From: an uncultured virus (IMG/VR IMGVR_UViG_3300029305_009146)
Taxonomy: Duplodnaviria; Heunggongvirae; Uroviricota; Caudoviricetes
IMG/VR virus record: IMGVR_UViG_3300029305_009146
Direction: 5' to 3' (one strand)
DNA length: 64,000 nucleotides
Position numbers and translations under genes: made by a program. The notes under the pieces were generated by a model, which was not told the DNA's origin, did not search any database, and saw nothing but the letters and a program-made list of their open reading frames with translations. Below are positions 28,106 through 36,936 of the stretch, piece by piece. How positions within the stretch are numbered: position 1 is the first letter of the stretch; each line of letters opens with the position of its first letter.

Positions 28106-28270
28106 CTAAAATGAATCTTCTTTTCTTCTTACACAGGAATGCAACCATATGGCTCCTGCAAGTCCAAGAAGAAGAGAAAACACGGTTAAAACAAGATTGT
28201 CTGTTTGGAGACCGTAAAGGTTTAATCCGCTGCTAATCCATATGATTAGAAAAATGAGCGATGCCTTCAT
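28106..28270 (-). CDS. 54-aa membrane protein
   Basis: Hand-translated MKASLIFLIIW...; AAGGAGG SD. Confidence 0.7.
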   Translation of the reverse strand: MKASLIFLIIWISSGLNLYGLQTDNLVLTVFSLLLGLAGAIWLHSCVRRKEDSF

Positions 28271-28360
28271 AAGAATCCTCCTTATTCTCTGTATTCTCTA
28301 ACAAGCGTCAGGACACGGCCAATATAAGCAATCTTCATAAGTCCTTCGCTTTTATGTCTA

Positions 28361-28372
28361 TGTTAAGGAAAA
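28361..28372 (-). promoter_or_regulatory. TTCC(C)TTAAC element motif
   Basis: Upstream of 28338/28270. Confidence 0.7.
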
Positions 28373-28418
28373 TTTTGAGGACATAATAAAAATAAGCCAC
28401 ACTTTTGCGGCCTATTTC

Positions 28419-28775
28419 TTATTCTCGTTCCAAATTGCTGAGCGGAAGCCGGTAGCTCCACATCTCACGGATATCGTCATAATCGGTCTCTTCTGCCTTA
28501 AAGTGTTCATAGATAGGTTTGTTGTCGATGCTGGACTCGAAAACGAATACCTCTGCATGGAAATGTTCTGCGATGGTAAGCAAAACATCCCGGTAATGGT
28601 GCTGTCCGGATATCGACGGGTAGAGCTCTACATATTCTAAGTAGATTTCATTCTCTTTCATCCCCTTCGACACCCCACCATATCCAACTTCTTCTCCATC
28701 AAGCATGATATAAAAGGTGCAGTCTACAGTAACCCCCAAGTAGATATCGTCCTTGGGACGAATAGTGAATTTCAT
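28419..28775 (-). CDS. GNAT-like protein
   Basis: EEVGYG..IYLEYVELYP..GQH..NKPIYEH resembles GNAT fold; ends LERE. Confidence 0.5.
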   Translation of the reverse strand: MKFTIRPKDDIYLGVTVDCTFYIMLDGEEVGYGGVSKGMKENEIYLEYVELYPSISGQHHYRDVLLTIAEHFHAEVFVFESSIDNKPIYEHFKAEETDYDDIREMWSYRLPLSNLERE

Positions 28776-28807
28776 TGTTTTTCCGCCTTTCACAAATTTA
28801 TATATTG

Positions 28808-28819
28808 GTTAAGGGAAAA
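28808..28819 (-). promoter_or_regulatory. TTCC(C)TTAAC element motif
   Basis: Upstream of 28775. Confidence 0.7.
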
Positions 28820-28881
28820 TTTTGTTTTAAGATAAAAAGCCCCGAAATCCGGGGCTTCTTTGTTAATTGTTACAGTCCTAT

Positions 28882-29352
28882 TCATTCTCGCTCCTCCCGC
28901 TTCTTCTCTTCGTGCTGTATCCGTTCAAATATAGTAACAAATTCAAATTCCAAAAAGCGAGGGTTTAGCACTTCGTTAATTGGAATATTCTCCTCCATAA
29001 CGTTAAATAAATACGTCGAAACAAAGAGATAATCTTCCGAAAGCCATATATCAAAGGTATCATGGCTAACAGCAAAAATCGTCGCCTCTGGATTAAGAAT
29101 ATCTTTCATTGCAAAGCAATCCACGTTTTCCAAAAACTTGGAAAGTTCAAGCAAAGCATATTCTTTTCTTATCAGGTCGTTCCAACACAGAGTCTCCTCT
29201 TCTGACAATCCTTCTTCCGTATGTTTTTCCCCTAACTGAGACATCATTCTACGGTGCCTGTTGGAGTATTTGATTATCTCTTTGGAAATCTTTTCTCTTA
29301 CCTTTTTGGTTTTCTCAAGGCGTAAGTGCGCCTCTGCTGTTTTCTCATACAT
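28882..29352 (-). CDS. Hypothetical protein
   Basis: ORF; ends REERE before terminator. Confidence 0.8.
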   Translation of the reverse strand: MYEKTAEAHLRLEKTKKVREKISKEIIKYSNRHRRMMSQLGEKHTEEGLSEEETLCWNDLIRKEYALLELSKFLENVDCFAMKDILNPEATIFAVSHDTFDIWLSEDYLFVSTYLFNVMEENIPINEVLNPRFLEFEFVTIFERIQHEEKKREERE

Positions 29353-29692
29353 TTTCCCTTTCCTCCTTTTCTCCCCACCAAATATCGTGCTTATGCCGTT
29401 CTACATAAGCAATAATGTTTTCCTTGCTCCCGGAGAGCCAGCCGTCAGAAAGAGCCAGCCAACACTCTTCCGTCCCGGGGCATATTAAGAGCAGGCCGTG
29501 GTCGCAACTGCTGATATCAGCAAATAGATTGTCCGGCTTTGCGTTGGTCCAGTGCTCCCAGTTACAAAGATTCCAGACATTTTCCGGAGAAAAGCTGTCC
29601 ATTTCCGCATATCCTAAATAAGTTGGGCTGATGTTATAAACCAGCTTGTTACCCACTATACTTTTTTTAAAAACGTGAATCGGTATTTGCAT
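29345..29692 (-). CDS. Hypothetical protein
   Basis: Start moved to MQIPIH with AAGGAGG SD. Confidence 0.75.
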   Translation of the reverse strand: MQIPIHVFKKSIVGNKLVYNISPTYLGYAEMDSFSPENVWNLCNWEHWTNAKPDNLFADISSCDHGLLLICPGTEECWLALSDGWLSGSKENIIAYVERHKHDIWWGEKEERENV

Positions 29693-29789
29693 GACAATCC
29701 TCCTTATATTTTTCCCGTCGCAATGCGTTAATAACAATTTTTCATCTACCAAAGCCGAGCCACTTTTCCGTACTCATTATGGAGTTCTC

Positions 29790-30074
29790 CTATCTCTGCA
29801 TTCTTCTTTCGAGTTCATCCAATAACTCCCGGTCAGAGAAATTAGAAAGACCGGCAGGGCCTTTTTCGAGCCCGTCGCTTTCATCTACACAGTCGATTGA
29901 CTCATACATTTGATATTCCTTGTCGGTTGCCTTTCTGACAAGAGCAATATCGTGACACAGGCCCCTTTTAATCATAACTGCTTTTGCCAATATTTCCGCT
30001 TCTTCTTTGTTAAAAGCAGAAACATAGGTGGTTACTCCGTTTTCAAACGTAATGATATAACGATATTCTCTCAT
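29790..30074 (-). CDS. Hypothetical protein
   Basis: SD. Confidence 0.75.
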   Translation of the reverse strand: MREYRYIITFENGVTTYVSAFNKEEAEILAKAVMIKRGLCHDIALVRKATDKEYQMYESIDCVDESDGLEKGPAGLSNFSDRELLDELERRMQR

Positions 30075-30085
30075 AACATTCTCCT

Positions 30086-30313
30086 TTACCTGCTAATGCG
30101 TTCTAAAAACGCTGCGTAGTCTTTTTGTTCCAAATTTGTGCAACGCTGCACACCAATCATATCCATAGTAGGCTTGCAGCGGCAATGTTTGTTTTCTACA
30201 TCATCCTCTGAGAGCCAAATCTCATGTAACCGGCACCAGTACTTTGGGTTGCTGCACGGAAGCCCGTTAAGCCCCATATTGGGGACTCTTTTATCTGCTT
30301 TTTGGTATTTCAT
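30086..30313 (-). CDS. Small Cys/His-rich protein
   Basis: WCRLH..HCRC..C. Confidence 0.7.
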   Translation of the reverse strand: MKYQKADKRVPNMGLNGLPCSNPKYWCRLHEIWLSEDDVENKHCRCKPTMDMIGVQRCTNLEQKDYAAFLERISR

Positions 30314-30336
30314 GTCTCTGCCGCTTTCTTTCGACT

Positions 30337-30549
30337 TTACCGGTTTTTTAACGCATCCATGATATCAAAATGAGAAATGGTATCATCATAAAACCATCTC
30401 GAATTGTTTATCTGCAAAATATGCGCCGAGTTTCTTCTGCACCACTCAAGCGCCTTTTCTTCAGAAGCAAAAGTCTTTTTCTGGCGAGAGTAATCCATAA
30501 TATGTAAAACCTTATCCTCTACCCATAAAATTTCTACCGTCATACGCAC
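30337..30549 (-). CDS. Hypothetical protein
   Basis: GGAGG SD. Confidence 0.7.
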   Translation of the reverse strand: MRMTVEILWVEDKVLHIMDYSRQKKTFASEEKALEWCRRNSAHILQINNSRWFYDDTISHFDIMDALKNR

Positions 30550-30584
30550 ATCCTCCTGTCAAACATTATAATCAAACCTGTATA

Positions 30585-30597
30585 TGTTAAGGGAAAA
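30585..30597 (-). promoter_or_regulatory. TTCC(C)TTAAC element motif
   Basis: Upstream of 30549. Confidence 0.7.
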
Positions 30598-30651
30598 ATA
30601 TAGATGGAAATAAAAAAAGAGAGAAAAATCCTCTCTTTTATATGACTTGTT

Positions 30652-31458
30652 TTATGCCTGTGCCGGGGCAAGTGTAAACGGAGCTTTCTTCTGCAGAATC
30701 AATACGATTCCTCCAAAAATAACCGTAAGTGAAAGCAGGTACAGGATTTCGTTAAGATTCGTAAAGGTGTAAAGTACCGAAGACAAATTCACGCCCACAT
30801 GGATTAGAATTGCATCCAGTAAATTGTTTGTCTTGTTGTAAATGGCAGCGATTACCATTCCAATCAAAAAAGCATATCCGCCCTGGATGACGTTCCCGTG
30901 CATCAGCCCAAACAGAAGGGAAGATACGATAAGCGCCACGGTTACGTTTTTTTGTTTAAGTTTATTAAATATTCCGTACCGGAAAATAATCTCTTCCATT
31001 ACCGGTGCCAAAATACCGGTACAGAGAATGGATAGTACCGGCGGCATGGAAACTGCTACCGATGTAACTAAGGATAAATCTTGTTGCCATGAATCCGGGA
31101 ACGGGATATAGGTGCAGCAAATGGTGACCGCCAAATTTAAGAACAGTCCCACAAAGAGCATTAGAACAACGTTCGTAACGCCCGGCTTTCTAATGATTTG
31201 TTCTTTTTTCTTAAGCTTCATAGCAATGAATGGAACAACAATTAAAACATCCGTAATGAGAAGCGACAGCGGAGCCATTTCTAAAATCAACTTCAAATAC
31301 TGTGCTGTATCATCATTGAGTAATGCATCATACGTTTGGGACAGCCAATCCATATCCGTGAACGCCTTAAATAACAACACCCCGAAGGAGCTTGCAAACG
31401 ACACAAACAAAAAATAAAACAAGTATCCAATACTTTTTAAAACAACCTTTTCCTTCAT
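30652..31458 (-). CDS. CPBP (CAAX/Abi) intramembrane metalloprotease
   Basis: EEIIFR, FGLMH, HVGVN motifs; multi-TM. Confidence 0.9.
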   Translation of the reverse strand: MKEKVVLKSIGYLFYFLFVSFASSFGVLLFKAFTDMDWLSQTYDALLNDDTAQYLKLILEMAPLSLLITDVLIVVPFIAMKLKKKEQIIRKPGVTNVVLMLFVGLFLNLAVTICCTYIPFPDSWQQDLSLVTSVAVSMPPVLSILCTGILAPVMEEIIFRYGIFNKLKQKNVTVALIVSSLLFGLMHGNVIQGGYAFLIGMVIAAIYNKTNNLLDAILIHVGVNLSSVLYTFTNLNEILYLLSLTVIFGGIVLILQKKAPFTLAPAQA

Positions 31459-31512
31459 AACATAAAACCCTTTCAGTATTAGTATTTCTCAAAAATGTGA
31501 GTCTAATGACCT

Positions 31513-31524
31513 TGTTAAGGGAAA
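31513..31524 (-). promoter_or_regulatory. TTCC(C)TTAAC element motif
   Basis: Upstream of 31458. Confidence 0.7.
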
Positions 31525-31574
31525 TATATTATGAAAAAAATAAAAAGGAGAGACATCTCTCCTTTTCTTGTTTT

Positions 31575-32261
31575 TTACTCCCGTTCTATCTCTTTATCCT
31601 GCTCACTTTCCAACTCATATTTAAGGCTGGCATTACATACATCAAGACCAGCGGCATAGATTGCATTAAGGAACCTTTCCTCAGCCTCTTCTTTGGTCTC
31701 TCCGTGGAGCGTCTTCATGTAAAAGAGCCCGGTCACACGGAGCTCGTCTTCTGTCGGCCTCACAGTAGCTTCTTTTTGTAAAATATCTGCAGCTTGCCCT
31801 TTCTCATAAACAGTTTTGTAAAGGATATCTGCAATTCTGTCAAAAGTCTCTTTTGGTGTGTCACAAGGAAGAAGTACAACAAACTCATGACAATCCTGAA
31901 TACCACATCCGTTGAACAAAAGAATCTTGGTATCTTTAAACTCATTCATGGTAGAGTATTCTTCAGCTCTTGTTTTCATGCAGGCGTACAAAGCATTCAT
32001 GGAAACATCGGTATTTTTGGCAAATTCTTCATCGAATTCATTGATAAGTGCAATGCCGTACTCTCCCTTGTATTCAACAAGATAGCACAAAGAGCCCGTA
32101 CTGTCTGACCAGAGCCCGTTGTATGCCCGAGAAAGTTCTTTTGGAAGTTCATCTTCCGTGATATCATACTCCCCGTGATGGTGAAGCTCACCACATGCAT
32201 TACACCAATACTTCAAATCTTTGCTATAACTCCAAGCATCCTTGGTTTCAATAATCTCCAT
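31575..32261 (-). CDS. Hypothetical protein (paralog of 48822-49331)
   Basis: YWCNACGELHHHGEYDI..LPKEL.RAYN.LW; ends EIERE. Confidence 0.85.
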   Translation of the reverse strand: MEIIETKDAWSYSKDLKYWCNACGELHHHGEYDITEDELPKELSRAYNGLWSDSTGSLCYLVEYKGEYGIALINEFDEEFAKNTDVSMNALYACMKTRAEEYSTMNEFKDTKILLFNGCGIQDCHEFVVLLPCDTPKETFDRIADILYKTVYEKGQAADILQKEATVRPTEDELRVTGLFYMKTLHGETKEEAEERFLNAIYAAGLDVCNASLKYELESEQDKEIERE

Positions 32262-32272
32262 GTTTTTCCTCC

Positions 32273-32497
32273 TTAATCTCTCTCAACAGCTTCCTTATCA
32301 GAAGTTTTGTTCTTTTCGCAAACGCTGATGATTAAATCAGTCATCTTTTCCTGCAACTCGTCCAAAGAAAAAGCGTCCTCTGGGCTGATATCTCCGGATT
32401 CGATTCCGTTTGCTTTCTGATACGCCAGAAAGACTTCATTCAGCTTTATATCTATAAGTTCACACAATCTTTCACGGTTCATCACCAATTTGCCCAT
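32273..32497 (-). CDS. Hypothetical protein
   Basis: GIESGDISP motif; ends VERD. Confidence 0.8.
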   Translation of the reverse strand: MGKLVMNRERLCELIDIKLNEVFLAYQKANGIESGDISPEDAFSLDELQEKMTDLIISVCEKNKTSDKEAVERD

Positions 32498-32508
32498 ACC
32501 GCCACCTC

Positions 32509-33132
32509 CTATCTTTCATAATCATCCGATGTTTCCAATCCTGCGTTTAAAATGTTTCCTGCTTTCTTGGCATCCATCTCTCCAATCGCCCGCTGCTTTA
32601 TGAACTCGTCAATTGCGTTTGCAATATCCTCTTCTTTATAAGAACAGGCAAGCCTTTCACTCCACGATGACGATTTTTGGTAAGAAACCGAATACATGCC
32701 ATAATTCATGTTTTCAAGAAACTTAGGTTTTGCCACGCGAACATCCGGTATTTTCAGAATAAATGTGGTGTTTTTGTAATCCACATAAAACCAGTAAGCA
32801 TAACTCTCCCAGCCTTCTGATGTAATATCGGTAAGCTTTGCATCCTTGTCCCCATGAAAGAACAGCTCTATAATTTTATCTTTTACGAGCTCATAAGTCC
32901 CCCGGTCCTTCTTTAATTTTTCGTGTTGCTGTTTCATTGCTGCCGGGAGAACATCCTTAAGCATCGAAAACGGCGTTGAAATGCTTTTTACGCTCCGAAT
33001 CATGGAGTCTGTGAGAGATTCCTTCATTAACTCCTTTTCAGCAATCTCCGCATCTATTTTTGCAATTAAGGCTCTGTACTCTGCGGTCTTTTTCTGCGGT
33101 GTTTTTTCATATTCATAGTCATCAAAAAACAT
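32509..33132 (-). CDS. Hypothetical protein
   Basis: SD; ends DDYER. Confidence 0.8.
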   Translation of the reverse strand: MFFDDYEYEKTPQKKTAEYRALIAKIDAEIAEKELMKESLTDSMIRSVKSISTPFSMLKDVLPAAMKQQHEKLKKDRGTYELVKDKIIELFFHGDKDAKLTDITSEGWESYAYWFYVDYKNTTFILKIPDVRVAKPKFLENMNYGMYSVSYQKSSSWSERLACSYKEEDIANAIDEFIKQRAIGEMDAKKAGNILNAGLETSDDYER

Positions 33133-33145
33133 AAGATTTCCTCCT

Positions 33146-33322
33146 CTAAATTATTGTTTCGGTTATAGAGATTGCCAATGATACTCCGAAGAGTATGATT
33201 GCTGCTAAATTCCAGTTTCTTGAATTATCGGAGCCTTTTTTTATCCGTGTCATATACAAGCAGAAGCATCCGGTTCCGAACAAAATCGCCCAGATAATTG
33301 TAAATATCATCGTCGTTGTCAT
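33146..33322 (-). CDS. Small membrane protein (2 TM)
   Basis: Start moved to MTTTMIF; GGAGG SD. Confidence 0.7.
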   Translation of the reverse strand: MTTTMIFTIIWAILFGTGCFCLYMTRIKKGSDNSRNWNLAAIILFGVSLAISITETII

Positions 33323-33345
33323 TCTTATTCTCCTCCTTTTTCGTT

Positions 33346-33654
33346 TTATTTCCCTGAAAATCTTTTTTGCAACTCTTCTTCGGCCTTGTAGCACCGGAGC
33401 TCATCCATTTCTTTTCCATACCAAGACAGAGAATACCACTTGGTGTCGGAAAGGGGATATTGAGAGTCGATGTATCTTTCCTTAAATCTCAGAAGCTCGT
33501 TCTTTTTAAAGTAAAAACTGTCTTCTTCAGACAAGCATTTCAAAATCGCCTCTTTAATATCTTTACCGGTACACCATTTCTTTCCGGAATAACGCTTAGT
33601 CCAAGAAATCATATCGTTTAACTTCGCCTGGGCTGACATATACAATACAACCAA
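33346..33654 (-). CDS. Hypothetical protein
   Basis: ORF after motif 33679; start uncertain. Confidence 0.7.
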   Translation of the reverse strand: MVVLYMSAQAKLNDMISWTKRYSGKKWCTGKDIKEAILKCLSEEDSFYFKKNELLRFKERYIDSQYPLSDTKWYSLSWYGKEMDELRCYKAEEELQKRFSGK

Positions 33655-33678
33655 TCCTCCTTATATGCTCTTAGTAAG

Positions 33679-33690
33679 GTTAAGGGAAAA
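33679..33690 (-). promoter_or_regulatory. TTCC(C)TTAAC element motif
   Basis: Upstream of 33654. Confidence 0.7.
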
Positions 33691-33739
33691 ATATTGAAAC
33701 AAATAAAAAAAAGAGGGCAATTACCCTCTTTTAAGATGG

Positions 33740-33812
33740 TGAGCGAGAATGCTCGGTTACTCTACAACGGAACGTTAGTAGTTCCGTTGTCATAAATTGC
33801 CGAGTAGTTGAC
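33740..33812. repeat. Nested inverted repeat (structured element)
   Basis: ACAACGGAAC/GTTCCGTTGT perfect stem inside CTCGG/CCGAG stem. Confidence 0.7.
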
Positions 33813-33821
33813 CTTTTGCCC

Positions 33822-34118
33822 CTATCCCATTTCGGCTAAAATCTCCAGGTTTTCTTCATTTTCAAGGATTTTGTCAATCATGAACTTTTTATAAAATTTC
33901 TCTAATTCCTCTTCCGGCATTTGAGCATAGGCTTCATCCATGAGTTTATTGAGCTCATAGAAATCAAGCCCGGAGATGTCTACGGAACCCCCGACAAACT
34001 CCTGAATATAGCTTTCGCCCCATGCAAGAAGTTCGGACTTTAACTTCGCAAAACGAACCTGCTCAACGTCGTTATTGTTTAAATGATTTTCAAACAAAAT
34101 TTTATTCACAAGCGTCAC
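33822..34118 (-). CDS. Hypothetical protein (matches N-terminus of 47689-48810)
   Basis: LMDEA.AQMPEEELE.F shared; GTGA coupling. Confidence 0.8.
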   Translation of the reverse strand: MTLVNKILFENHLNNNDVEQVRFAKLKSELLAWGESYIQEFVGGSVDISGLDFYELNKLMDEAYAQMPEEELEKFYKKFMIDKILENEENLEILAEMG

Positions 34119-34747
34119 CTCTCTATCTCATCTTCCGCTTTTTCGTTTTCTTTCCATGCTTTTCCATCTACAGCCAGAATGTCTCCGATGTTTTTCGGGG
34201 ATACAAAGCAGTTCCGTTCCTCACAATACCACCAAGGTTTTTTAAACTGATACGCCGGGTCGCACTTTATAGCAGTTACAAGACCGTCACCGCGCAAGAA
34301 AGTTACAGAGGTTCCTACCGGGCACTCTTTTAAAAGCTTTTGCTTTTCATTCTGAAGATGGCACTTTTCACGCCATTCCAAAGCGTACTTGTTCTCTGTG
34401 GGTGAAAGAAGCTTCAAAATAGATTCCGGACAATCATAGTATCCGGGGCCCATGGACTCATCCATATCTTTGTAGGAAAAGTTGTAGTAATCGTTTTTGT
34501 CGGTGTCTGTCAAGAATACAACGCCAAAAACATGCTGTTCCTCTGCCGGAAGGTCTTCATAGGTGTTGCCAACGCATTTTTTAAGCGGACGGATGGCAGC
34601 GTAATAAACGCCGTCTACCATAGCCGACTTCTCCACCTTGTAATGCCCGTTGTTTAAGCTTTCTGTAAAATAAGCGTCGCACTCTGTTTTTTTATCGATT
34701 GCGCCACCTTTTGTATAATGTGTTGCATGATAACTTGTCCAACCCAC
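34115..34747 (-). CDS. DUF6927-like protein
   Basis: MGW..YYAA..YKDMDESMGP..DCP..IL.LL..A.EWR..C; ends DEIER. Confidence 0.7.
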   Translation of the reverse strand: MGWTSYHATHYTKGGAIDKKTECDAYFTESLNNGHYKVEKSAMVDGVYYAAIRPLKKCVGNTYEDLPAEEQHVFGVVFLTDTDKNDYYNFSYKDMDESMGPGYYDCPESILKLLSPTENKYALEWREKCHLQNEKQKLLKECPVGTSVTFLRGDGLVTAIKCDPAYQFKKPWWYCEERNCFVSPKNIGDILAVDGKAWKENEKAEDEIER

Positions 34748-34790
34748 AGCAAATTCTCCTTTCAGAATGAAGTTTTTTCATTACACTGTC

Positions 34791-34801
34791 GTTAAGGGAA
34801 A
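34791..34801 (-). promoter_or_regulatory. TTCC(C)TTAAC element motif
   Basis: Upstream of 34747. Confidence 0.7.
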
Positions 34802-34816
34802 TATTTTAAAACACAT

Positions 34817-34848
34817 AACAAAAAGAGGCTGTTACACCTCTTTTTGTT
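34817..34848 (-). terminator. AGAGG-stem family terminator
   Basis: AACAAAAAGAGG-ctgttaca-CCTCTTTTTGTT. Confidence 0.8.
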
Positions 34849-34872
34849 TTCGCCATTATGCGATATACTATA

Positions 34873-34885
34873 GTTAAAGGGAAAA
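34873..34885 (-). promoter_or_regulatory. Variant element motif (TTTTCCCTTTAAC) with no gene downstream
   Basis: One extra T; followed by terminator within ~25 nt. Confidence 0.5.
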
Positions 34886-34924
34886 AGAGGGCAAAAAAAA
34901 AGAGAGGAAAAACCTCTCTTTCTT

Positions 34925-35137
34925 TTAATTTTTCACACCTCTTGTCCAATCCCCGTGTGTCATGGTCTCATTGGTACGCTGACCAGACCACTGCTTGTCA
35001 CTCGCCGAGGCATTTTCCCCGTGGCTACCCATTATGCCGGTGCGGGAGTTGTAAAAGTCGTGCACATGGTTCGGGCCGTCTCCCGGAAACTCCAAACGAT
35101 TATGCTGTCCATTGCTTTCATAGGTTTTTGTGCTCAT
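34925..35137 (-). CDS. Small hydrophilic protein
   Basis: AAGGAGG SD; own motif and terminator. Confidence 0.75.
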   Translation of the reverse strand: MSTKTYESNGQHNRLEFPGDGPNHVHDFYNSRTGIMGSHGENASASDKQWSGQRTNETMTHGDWTRGVKN

Positions 35138-35181
35138 AGTCGCCCTCCTTTTTTGTAAATAGTTTTTTGGTTATCGCAACA

Positions 35182-35193
35182 GTTAAGGGAAAA
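35182..35193 (-). promoter_or_regulatory. TTCC(C)TTAAC element motif
   Basis: Upstream of 35137. Confidence 0.7.
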
Positions 35194-35255
35194 CAGTTTT
35201 AAATTTTTCTCCTCGAAGAAATCCTCCTGATAAGAAATCGCATAGTGCTTCCTCC

Positions 35256-35705
35256 TTATCTTTCTGCATCTTCCATGCTGGCTCTTGTCAGTTCCTCATC
35301 ATATCTTGCTGCTTTTTCTTTCCGATTTGAGCCTAACGGGTGCTCCATGTATTTTGCAATGTGGTAATCATAGGTGGTGCGATGAACCTTTTCTATCAAC
35401 CCAACATTGTCATCTTCTTTCCTGTAAAGAAGATTTAGGTCATTCGGGCCTTCACCCAACACCTCAAGAATATGATACGTCGGTGCATCCATTACAAACA
35501 TCGGATTTTTGGGATATTCAAATACAACATCCTCTTCATCCATCTTACCCGCAAGGCACATGTCAAGCTCTGTGCAGGCCGTGATGCCGACAAAGTCAGT
35601 GGTATGATAGATTTCTCCGTTTGCCTTTATACCGTAAAGGTTATGGGAATATTCCCAGCCGCCACCAAGTTCCATTAAGACATATTTAAACTCCGAAATC
35701 TTCAT
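35256..35705 (-). CDS. Hypothetical protein
   Basis: Ends EDAER. Confidence 0.8.
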   Translation of the reverse strand: MKISEFKYVLMELGGGWEYSHNLYGIKANGEIYHTTDFVGITACTELDMCLAGKMDEEDVVFEYPKNPMFVMDAPTYHILEVLGEGPNDLNLLYRKEDDNVGLIEKVHRTTYDYHIAKYMEHPLGSNRKEKAARYDEELTRASMEDAER

Positions 35706-35716
35706 GATGAACAGCC

Positions 35717-36517
35717 CTACCTTTCCATGTCGTCCAGAATATTCTCCGAAAAGCCGCAGGAATTGGTCAGCTCTTCTTCGGTAAAACCGACGTCATAAAG
35801 ATACTTTGCGGCTGCGGCTTCTCCCTTAGATACAAGCAGGTCGTTTACAATTCCGTAGAGCAGTTCTTTTGCTCTCGCTTCACTCATGTACGGCAGAGAC
35901 CAATCTAAATCCTCCGATTCATATTCTTCGGTAGTTTCCCAACCTTGGTTTGGGTCACTCAGGCTCGGGCTTGCCTCGTCATACTCCATCGGCTTAGAGG
36001 TAATCTTAATCGGATACGGAAGAGATGTGTTTTGTTCGTCATAGCAGGCGATTGCAATTCCAAGCTCTCTCTTCCAATCTTTTCCGTAATCACGGGCCAT
36101 CGCCTTGTCTTCTTTTCCGGTTTTGTAATCCATGAGCATCTGAACATCCTGATTAAACCAACGCATAGCTCTGTCATAACGCTCTTTTTGCGTCTGCTTA
36201 TCAATTTTTGCAATTTCTTCCTCGGAAAAACCTCTGTTTGTAAGTTCGGTTTTATCCCATCGGTCTAAGCCGCCATAATTTTCCAACTTCGGAACGTCTC
36301 TTAACATATCCGCAGAAAGAGACTCTCTGTTCCACTCTGCTACAAGGTCATAGACGTCATATTTACCCATATGGCCGTACCCGTCATAGCAAGTCTCATG
36401 GATATACTTCCCGTACCGCTTCTGGAACGGCGGCGGAACCAAAAGATAAGAGTCCGCTTTTCTGTTGTCAATCATCTGTTTCCCGTTGTCAGCATAAATC
36501 CAGCTAAATTGTCCCAT
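35717..36517 (-). CDS. Hypothetical protein
   Basis: MGQFSW..YDGYG..DPNQGW; ends DDMER. Confidence 0.85.
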   Translation of the reverse strand: MGQFSWIYADNGKQMIDNRKADSYLLVPPPFQKRYGKYIHETCYDGYGHMGKYDVYDLVAEWNRESLSADMLRDVPKLENYGGLDRWDKTELTNRGFSEEEIAKIDKQTQKERYDRAMRWFNQDVQMLMDYKTGKEDKAMARDYGKDWKRELGIAIACYDEQNTSLPYPIKITSKPMEYDEASPSLSDPNQGWETTEEYESEDLDWSLPYMSEARAKELLYGIVNDLLVSKGEAAAAKYLYDVGFTEEELTNSCGFSENILDDMER

Positions 36518-36532
36518 AAGATAATCCTCCTT

Positions 36533-36919
36533 TTATTCTCTTTCCATTTCACAAAGCCGGTAAAGTTCCAGCCCGTCTGCATTCTCTCTAAGCGCCATAT
36601 GCATACATGCAACTGGTCCATCCATATACTTAGGATTTACCAAGTCGGCTTCTATATTCTTCTCGTATGCGATAGCGATATCCCAAAGAAGGTCCTCGTT
36701 TGCAAGAATGGCAGCACAATCAAAGGTTTCCCTCATGTTTTTGTCGTTTTTTATATGTTCTATAACGTCCGGCTTAAACTTAATCTCGGTTCTTGCATAC
36801 TCCATAATGTATCGAAGTTCATCATAATCAAGAGTAACCCTTGCATCACCTTTTATGATATGAATTTTATCTCCTTCTATTTGTGCGTTTGCCACCGGAC
36901 ATCCTTCTACAAGATTCAT
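36533..36919 (-). CDS. Hypothetical protein
   Basis: SD; ends EMERE. Confidence 0.8.
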   Translation of the reverse strand: MNLVEGCPVANAQIEGDKIHIIKGDARVTLDYDELRYIMEYARTEIKFKPDVIEHIKNDKNMRETFDCAAILANEDLLWDIAIAYEKNIEADLVNPKYMDGPVACMHMALRENADGLELYRLCEMERE

Positions 36920-36936
36920 AAATACCTCCCTCTACT

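Noticed and set aside
33737..33821. tRNA gene (minus strand ends ...CACCA)
   Set aside because: No 7-bp acceptor stem, no T-loop GTTC/D-loop cloverleaf; folds as one long hairpin.
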